A stretch of 64,000 nt of DNA. It comes from the human T2T-CHM13v2.0 reference genome, Homo sapiens. Shown here piece by piece: positions 54,396-64,000 of the stretch. The position numbers and the translations under genes are program-made. Numbering within the stretch: position 1 is the first letter of the stretch; the number at the start of each line of letters is the position of its first letter. The notes beneath the pieces were generated by a model that saw nothing but the letters and a program-made list of their open reading frames with translations, made no database searches and was not told the DNA's origin. The stretch is from contig CP086569.2 of assembly GCA_009914755.4 (NCBI GenBank), positions 22,784,001-22,848,000 of the forward strand. The letters run 5' to 3'.

Positions 54396-57300
54396 GATCA
54401 CACCCATGATGAAGCTGGTATTGTGGGGATTTCACATGTGTATAGTAGAAAACTATCAGAACTGTGGATGCAAGGGTAGGTGAAGAGAGCAGGAATAGAG
54501 GAAAAGATATGGAAAGGATCCTTATCTGAATAATAGTGAAAACCCCAGGAAGGGCTGCTGTCCATTTGGAGGAAGTGGGAAATGAACAGTGAGATGGCTA
54601 GAATGGCTGGGGGAGTGCAGGGGTTTGATGTCTGTTCTGTTTTTCAGAGTAGAACAGAGTTGAGCATCTTTATGGGAGTAAGAATTATAAAACTGATCTG
54701 TATAGAAATAGGGATCAGTGGCTCAGTCAGGGTCATACAGATAGGAGAGGTATTATAATGAAAGGCAGAGGTTGAAATGTAGGCTTTGCTGTCAAGAAGA
54801 GAAAGGAGATCTGTGTAAAGGACAAGAACCTGTGACATGGAGGGAGGATATGTCAGTTGGAGTCGGCCATGATGAGGGTGACTTGTATTCATCTCAGCCA
54901 AGTGAAGTGGAATGCAGTGGCAAGGAGTGGGATTGGGGGCCTGAAGTCAATGAACAGGGAAGAGCAACTTGAAGCAGGTCACATGTCAACCAAAAGCCCA
55001 GCAGAGTCTCTCCGGATCTTGGCAAGGACTCCTGCAGAATGGTCCTGCATTCATTTGAACAATGTGATACAGGCAGCAATTCTTTATTTTCTGTTCTATT
55101 AGATCTAGATCAGAAAGAAATTGAAGAACAAAAGGAAGAAGAAAAAAATGTGGAAACAGCAAGTGAAAGAATGAAGGCAGAGAGAAGAAAAAAAGGCAGA
55201 GTAACCTACATTTTAGAAAGGGAACAGAGGGAACTAGAAAAACTGGATCAAGAAAGGGTAATAATTATGACTTAATTCTCTGTACAAGTTGCTGCATTGT
55301 TCACCTTTAGTAACTACATTGAGGTGAGTGAAGGGAGTCAATTAGTGTCCAAATTCAGAGGAGTGGCAGGTGCCCGAAAAGGAATCCCTGTCCTCTTCTT
55401 GTCTTACAAGCAGTGAGAAATGCTGTGTAGAATATGCAGCTTAGGAGTTTGGTAGTAAATGGTTGTTTTTGAAGGTAATTTTTGTGCATTCTCATCTGAT
55501 CCTTAAATAAGGCTGTAAAAAAGTAGACTGTGCTTTGCTTCAGAATGTTGCTTTGAAATCAGAGTTTAAGGAAGAGGCTGTCAGTGTCAGCTAGCTGGTA
55601 CTAGAAGAACCCAAAGGTGGAGATGGCTGCCAGTCCAAGTTTGCTTCCAGGGGCGTATGCTGCACCCCTTTTTCCTCAGGTTCTCTTCTTCACATCTGTA
55701 TTCTGATTCTTGTCCTATCAGATGGATTACTCTGTCCACTTAACAACCTTGTTAAGTCTTGCTTGAATTACTGTAACATAAGAATGTTCCCTGGATTCCT
55801 GGTTAATTCAAATCTAAAGCGCAGGACACTTGAGGGAAATTAATGGCTTCCTTCATTGAGATGATCTATTTGTTTTCCATTGATGATAGGAATGACTTCC
55901 ATTATGAAAAATTAGTTCACTGGCACACACACTGTGGGCGGGGACACACAGGGCTTCTGTGGTTTATTTTTACTTCTCGAAACAAGAATGCACATCCAAG
56001 TAATCTTTCTTCTCCGTTGAAGACAAAAAGGTGAAAAGCATAAAAAATCGAAAGTTCAGATGGAACCTCGAGTCTTTTAAAGGTATTACTCTTCCGATAA
56101 ACATTTAAGATAAAATATTTCATTCTTAAGATAAAATATTTAAGAGATTTTAGTTTGTCAAAATTTGTAAGGTAGGGTGGTTCACTGTTTTAGGACCAAG
56201 AGAAAAAAAACTATTATCATATAACAAGGACATTAGTACTGACATTAATATTTTATATGTCAGAAGCATCATGGTGTTAAATGCATACCTTATGGTTTAT
56301 TTTGATGTGCTTGCTAAATTTTGTGTTTATAAATCACTGCTTTTTTAGGCTTTCAAATTACATGTATGTTTCAAAAATGGTTCTTAGCCAAGTATTTCAT
56401 AAAATTAATGCATACCTAATTTCAAAATTCTTCCCTTTCCCCCAGGTAATCAGAGCTCAAGAAAGGTGATTCAGGAAGGCTCCCTATAGACATGCTTCAA
56501 TCTAGTGACAAAGTTGAAATGGACTTGGTTTCCCCACACTGTGTTTTATGTGTGAACGGTTAATTGCTTATTTTTTCAGCCAAAAGAAATGGTTAGAAAT
56601 TTGAGGTTGCCTGTAAGAAGTTATTGAATCAGTCAGAATTACTGACTATAAAAAGAAAGGATTGGATTTTCTAACTTGTGAAATTGATCCTAATATAATT
56701 GATAAGCAAGACCAGAAACTCCCCAGAAAATAAATTGAGAACATTACAAAGATACCAAATAAATCTGACACAAATTTTCAAAATTTTTACGTTTTAATTT
56801 TTGTCTCCCCTTTGGTAATTGAACAGGATTTTCTCATGAAGGACCAGATCACTCTTGAAAACCAGGTTTGCTCTCCAGCTTCTATTGCAAATATAATGAG
56901 AAGATACATAACATTTACCCCTTTGTAAATGTTTCTCTGTCATCAGACAAAACTCTCGATAGAAATCACTGTGTAATCCAGTGTATTTGTTTTTTCCTAA
57001 TTGCATTTGATACTATAGTGTATGAACCAAGAATAATCGAGTCAAGTGAAACCCCTTTTCCAGTCATAAAATGTCTCATTCATTACACTAAAAGGAGCTG
57101 TTCTTTTTAAAAAACATTCTTATTTTGGTCTCAAATTTTTAAATGTGTTTAACCTATCTTATTTGTCAAATCTAGGCCTATATTTGGGAAGGGTGAGCTG
57201 TGTTCTTTCCTCTGAAGAGCTGGGCTGCCTTCTGTAAAACAAGAGGCCATTTTTCCCAGCACATTTCTGTTTTCTACCTGAACACTAAAATACAGATTTT

Positions 57301-60300
57301 TCTAGGCATTAGAAATAGTACAATATTGCCTCTGGTCTTTGCATTTGATGCCTGTGGCTTTAGTAATTGTGTCCCTCCAGAATTTATATGTTGGAATTTA
57401 AACACCCCAGAATGGTAGAAGTAAAAATTCAAGATTTTGGGAGGCAAATAAGAGAGCAATTAGCGACCTTATAAAAGAACTCAATGGAACTAACAAAGCT
57501 TTTTAGCCCTTCCACCATTAGAAGACACTGTATTTGTCCTCTCTAGAGAAGGCAGCAACAAGGTGCCGTCTTGGAAGCAGAGACCAGGCCTTCACCAGAC
57601 ATGGAGACCATCAATGCCTTGATCTTGGACTTCTCAGTCTCTAAAACTGTAAGAAATTTACTTCTGGTTTTATAAGTTACCCAGTCCAATGTATTGTGTT
57701 ATTGCAGCAGGAAGGTACTGAGATAGCATCTTTATTGTGGAACCATTGGTCCTCATACTTAATGAATGGGCTTCAAGTGTTTCATTAATTTTAAAACACA
57801 CGGCTCCTTCTTTACAATTGATTTCATTTTTATTTTCTAAAAATCAACGTTTACAATGCAGAACTGGAAAAAAAAATCTCTACTGAAACCTGTAGATTGT
57901 CCTAGGTTTTTTGGCAGAATCACTGTGGATAATTTAGAGGCTGCCTGTGATCACATCTATGTATTATTTAGTTTCCTGTCTATTCATGTGACTTAAATAA
58001 TTGCACAAAATGCTACTTAAAAGTAGGAAGAAAAGAAGGTGACAAATAGCACACTAATTGAACTGTTGACTGTTTTTCTGTCATGTATGAATAAAGGATG
58101 ATGATCCAGAGTCAGCACCTCAATGAAGAGTAGGCATGTGTCAATAGTGACAAAGGCTAGGCCTCACTAAAAAAGGTCAGATGCGGACAATCCAAATTCA
58201 GAATTATATTGACAAATAAGGAGTTGAAAAACATTATATAATAATACTCTGAGTAACATATTTAGCTCTGCAACTCTAGAGAGTAATTGTTAGAACTGGT
58301 TGCTCTATATTTCTGAGTAAATCTTTCAATTTTTATACCATCGATTTGAAAAATAAACAACTACACATGGGCACTGATTGCTTGTAATTTGCACAAGTTT
58401 AAGCCTTGTTAATCTCATAGGTAGGTGGCTTTTATTTGTTTCAAAACTAGTCAGGAAAGTACTTACTATATACAGAAAACTACAGAAGTGCTTTTGGCAC
58501 TTTTATACCCAGTACAGCCCGGTAGATTATAATATTTTCTTAAATGGCTGAAGAAAATTTTCCAGAAATAAACCAAGTAGCACTCACAGACTTGACTACC
58601 ACACCAGTGTGAAATCTTTACTATGCACATTATTCAAAAGTCACAGCATACTAGGGAAAAAGAAAGATAAGATTTGTATAAAGTAAAAAGGCAAGTGAAT
58701 GAAGCTATACTTTTATTTCATTTCTCTTAATATATCCACAACTATTTTCACCAATATAGATCTTTAAAATAAGCATAGACAAGGATTAACTATTATCTAC
58801 AAATACTTATTGTAACACTTGAGTAGAACAATAGGAAGCCCTTGACACTGATTGACAATGTGGATTAACTGTTAGATTACAAAAAATTATACATAGCAAA
58901 ATTTAATTCTCTTTACATAAAAAATAAGGCTACATAAACAAAGCTTTCAAAAGTTTCTGACAATAGCTACCAGAATTAGAAAGTTAAAATTAGACTTGAG
59001 GCACTACATCTTCTGCAATACTGGACTCTGAAGGCACCACCATTGCTGGAAATAATAGTTAATTTTGTCATGCAACAGGAAAACAAAACACGTAACTATT
59101 TTGGAATATTTGTTCTATACAGAAGAGAGCTTCTCTCAGTTAAAATTAAAAAATCCCAAACAGGCATTTTTATAGAGTAACCAAAAAAATAAAAATAAAA
59201 AAAAAGAAAAACCCACTGATACATGTGATACTTGATGTTCAAATTTAATAGCATCCATATAAAATTGTACTTCCTTTCTTAATTTTGAGTACATTTCTGC
59301 ACATGTGGTGCTCTCAAATCCAGGAAACAGCCAAATCACAAGTTAAATTTTAAGGTGAATATACACAATGGATCCTGTATTAAGCAGCCCATTTGAAAAA
59401 CACTGATGTACCTAACAGTTATGTAGAGTATTTCATAAAGAACTGCACAGAATTTACCATCACTAACACACTGTAACTATAGTCACTGAATATCTGGAAT
59501 ACAATAAGGCAGAAGGCAAATTTCTTTTGAAAATGTCTTAAACTCAGGAAGTTTTCTTATGCAACACCAAACTTTGTTATTCCAAGGAATTAAGATTTAG
59601 ATAAGAAGAAAATGAAATACCAACCCTAATTTAAATTACTTACATCTTCAAGTCTATAGAAGTCAAAGGTTACAGATCTTTGGCCAATTTGAAATTAGGT
59701 TTTAGATAGTGGATGTGAAACTGTTTACCCAGAGCACTGAAAAATAGTTTAAACTGGTGGTTGTTTTGGTGAGGTAAAAATTCTTAATTTAAAAAAATAC
59801 ATAGAACGAAATTCTGTGAAAGATATTTAGGTCATTGGTTTTGATATAAATTCTGAAAAATGTATACCAAATACTCTTTAAGGCAGAGATGACATTTATT
59901 TCTCAAGGATAATAAAAACTAGATCAGTATTTTGTTGAAATAAAACCTATTATAAAAGTGCTTCTGGAATTCTTGTCAATGAGTCTGAATCTAGATTTTT
60001 TAGAGTATCTAGTAGAGTCAGCAGAATTGTACCTACTTTTAGGATTATTGAAAAATATTTTCTTCTTGGCTGAGGAAATTAATGGGACACGGACTTCGGA
60101 GAGAAAGCTAATTTAAAAAGTCATGAGATGAATCACGTTACTTATGCGCCAAAGTTTAATAAGTGCCAGCTGTCAGAATTGAAACTTCACACCAATTTCA
60201 CTTTATTTCCTATGTAGGTAACACTTATTTGAGAATAGATAGCATATATATGAATTTATCGTCTCATCTTTTGATGCTGGCATGTCACAGGTCCTTATCA

Positions 60301-62329
60301 AAGAGTATCACATATTCCATTGAGTGTCTTGAGAGAAATGTTCTAGCAGCAAATGTGAATGTGCCACAAATTTCCAGAGTGAAAGGTCATTTTGTCAAAG
60401 TGTTACCTTTTAAAATTGCTAACATATAACCTGCAATATTTGCTCTAAAGAAAAAGATGTACTCACTGGAAGGTATTCCGGGAGCTACATCTCAGCAGCT
60501 TGAGACAGAAAGGTGTTTGAACGTCTACTTTAGTTTGGTGGGATATACATCTGTAATGCAGAGCAGTTGTCTGATAATTTGTCAGAGCTGTCAATGTGTT
60601 GGCTGAAACACTCTGGCAAACATTTATGTGTAAGAAGTGAGTTACTCCTTTTAGAGAAACTGGATATCTTGCAGTTCGTGTTCTTTCTTTGCTTTGATAC
60701 CCTGGTAAGCCTGCATTTTGCTGGCATCCATGTAAGCCAGTTAGAAGACAGTATCATGAGAAAGTGGATCTGGAAAAGAAGGTTGAGCATGATGACTAGT
60801 AAGCATGTCAGAAGGTAAAGCAAGGTGCTACTTAGATTAGATAGACTTGATGTTAAAGGGGATGAGGGTTATTCTGTATTAATTCTTTCTCTACTAGCAG
60901 AGCTGTCAAATCCTGAAAATGTGCTCTACTACTAGGCTTCACTTTAAAAAACTGAAGAAAAGTAAGTACATAAACATTGCAAAGTATATCTATTAACTAT
61001 TAAATTTCTGTATACTCATCAGTCTAAGTGAGTAATATATTAAACACCTCTCACTACAATTGGGATTTGTCTACATAAATAGATATTCATAAAATTTGCC
61101 TCAGGTGTAGGTTGAGACAATGCTGCTGAGACATTTAAATTTGTGACTGTTATATTATCTTTAAAATATATTTTCATATTTTGATATTTCTTATTTTGTC
61201 TGTTACCTTATAAATTATATTTTATTATCCCTCTTTATTGTTTGTATTTTCCTTAAAACTCTCCTTTGCCTTGTATAATATCAGTGACCTTACTTTTTTG
61301 ATAAATACCTGTTGATTTTCTCTAAACCTTTATTTTCAATATTTCAGGGTGATTATTTCTAGGTAAAAGCAATTTTTTCTCAATCTAATATTAGAGTACT
61401 TTATATTTTAACACAGAAATATAAACCGTTTACATCTAATATGGTTACTCTCATAGCTCTCTAACTAATATCTGATTAGAGAGTTGTTCTACCCTAGATT
61501 TTCTTTGTCTCTGCTTTGGCATATCTGCCTTAGTTCTTCTCTCCCCTTCCCCACCTGCCACCTATTTTCCTAATTGTGTTGATTTAATTTTCTTACTCAT
61601 ATTTATTTCTTTTCCTGCTTTTGACATTTGTCACGATATTTCTAAACTTTCTTAGCTTATCAGTAGAACCCAGTTAGTTAACTTTTTTCTAACAAAGTAA
61701 CACATTTATTAGCCTCATAAAAAATTCTTGTAATACCTCTTTCATTTGGATATTTATTCTTCTTGCTAAAAAAAGGAAACAAGGAAACCTTTATTCTTCT
61801 TTTCCCTGGTGTTTTGATAGGTCTTTGATATTTGCATAGTCTTCATAAGTTGAAAAATGTATCTCTAAGTAACAAAAACATATGTGGAATAATATTCTGT
61901 GTAGAGATAATTTTTGTATTCTGCCTGTTGCCCTTTCTAAACATTTTTGTCTCATGGTGTTTTTTTTAAATGCAGATGAAAGTTTCCTAATCTGAGCTCA
62001 ACTTTCATAACTTCCCTTTCATGTATGGCCACCAGATAAAATGAAGGATTCCCAGTTACATTTTCATTTTAAATAAACAACAAACAGCATTTTAGTATAA
62101 TTCTCAATAGCTTTGTAATTTAGTAATATTCTCAATATTGCATGGACAGACTTATACTGAAATATAATTCTTTGTTGTTTGTCAATACATTGCCAAATTT
62201 CAAATTAAAATGTGATATTTAAATTCCTGTATTTTCCCCCTACATCTGGCAACCTTACTTTCACATCTACTTAGGAAATTACTTATTCTTGCTATATTTA
62301 TGCTGAATCTTCTGTATAAAAAACAAACA

Positions 62330-62641
<312 letters not shown>

Positions 62642-64000
62642 TTAATATATGCTTCATTTAGACAATGATGAATAATTGTCTATTTAAAAAATTTGTATCC
62701 TGTTACCCACTTGTTTTTCCCTTAGATTCCATTTCTTCATCCCCAAAAACACCTAACCCTAGTTATTATGAAGACTCTTTTGATTTAACTTTTCATTTTT
62801 GAGGGTGACCCCTAAGCATCTTGACTATCTCTTAGGGCATGGAACTTCCAACATTGATTTTGCAATGTTGTCTTTGAAGTGGTAAATGAAAGTTAACCTT
62901 TTAAATGTAAAGTTATTATTGGTGGGTGGGCAGTTTTATGTTAATCTTTTCAGGTTTTTAAGAACTTAATTGTTCAATCTAGTATTTTATTCCAGTTTCT
63001 TATTTTAAGGTAGTTGTATCTTTCAGGTAATATGAAAATCATCTCTTCAGTCTAGAATATCACACTGGATAGAGGTTGAGATATGAAATTTTAAGTCATG
63101 GCTTTGAGTAAAAACCTCATTCTGTGTTAGATCCCAGTATCTGTGGGCATGGCTTTCAGTATTGACTCAAATGTTCCCACTAAATGTCTGAGCAATATGA
63201 ACTTTCACCAATGATTTAGGCAGGGGGTCCAGCCCTCTTGAACAAAGAAATGGTTTCTTTCCTGGGAGTATATCCAACTTTACTCTTCAATTGACTACTT
63301 CAACAAACTACTAAGGTTAATCTCAACCAATATTATTGGAGTCCAAACCTCAGAAATGATGTTTTTCTTGATAGTGAGTTTGAATTTTTAAAAAATAATT
63401 TTGTCTTACACTTATAGTCTCTGGGTGTCATGAGAGTTGCTTTTGCAAATTTTCACTTTGCTCCAGAGAGCTAGAAATAAGTGCTTGATTTCTATCAAAT
63501 CACTTGTTACTTAACAAAGAAAACCTCTGAGAAAGGTGTTATTACTATATCCCTTCTGCAGTTGAAGCAAGACATATTTTTGCTTACATTTTCTGAAAAC
63601 ATTGCCAATGGTATTATTTTTCCAAGTGTATGGAAGGTATTCTATCTTTTCTTCACTGTCCTATATTATTTATATGCTATAAATCATTGGCTATTTCACA
63701 TATATTTCACATATATTATAAAAACTTCTTTGAGATTATTTAATTTTGGTGAAAACTTTATTTTATACAATCAGTTCATTGTAGGTATATCTAATCATGC
63801 CATTCTCTGTAATATTATCTTCCTATGATTTCTTTGCATGATACTTTAAAAGCCTTTCTATAACTTTCACTTTTTAGAATTCCCAGTTACACTGCAACAC
63901 ACCAATGTTTCTGACATAATGTCAGAAGGGAAACACAGACTCTGAAAAGTAGAAAGAGAAAGACATTTTCTCTAGGGACTTCACAACTTGAAGAGTGACA

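Overview
This window reads as primate (human-like) AT-rich, CpG-poor intergenic or intronic DNA dominated by interspersed repeats. I could not support any host protein-coding exon, rRNA, tRNA or CRISPR array from the sequence. Every long ORF in the six-frame track is explained by a tandem-repeat periodicity, a low-complexity tract, or a decayed LINE-1 or ERV coding region. Recognisable content follows in window order. (1) A ~5.9 kb tandem array (about 2650-8590) is built from a 33-bp monomer organised as a 66-bp dimeric higher-order repeat. It is interrupted by a solo HERV-H LTR7 (minus strand) and by a young Alu that has a clear 11-bp target-site duplication (TSD). (2) Nested L1 3' ends lie at 9.6-10.4 kb, with a 10-bp TSD. 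(3) A betaretrovirus-like (ERVK-type) pro fragment lies at about 19.1-20.3 kb and carries an intact 134-aa dUTPase ORF followed by a decayed protease active site. (4) A gammaretrovirus-like (ERV1) provirus remnant spans 30045-35491, with LTRs of about 320 bp, a polypurine tract (PPT) and reverse-transcriptase (RT) motifs (QLTWTRLPQGFKNSPT-like and LLQYVDDL). (5) A 12-kb L1-rich block (35.7-47.8 kb) holds two related minus-strand L1PA-type copies with different internal deletions, an older L1 fragment, and a textbook twin-priming (5'-inverted) L1 with a 12-bp TSD. The block is bracketed by two complementary halves of an Alu that share 16 bp. (6) A plus-strand L1 (49032-52226) carries a 1.19-kb internal tandem duplication and sits immediately downstream of an Alu. 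(7) Several further Alus and microsatellites are present. I find no evidence of a novel biological system of the prokaryotic kind. The most unusual object is the 33/66-bp array, whose period is exactly 11 codons and which gives PWTQ-rich reading frames on the minus strand. I cannot tell from the sequence alone whether it is a known satellite family. All coordinates are approximate to about +/-10 bp, and repeat-family names come from my memory of consensus sequences, not from a database search.
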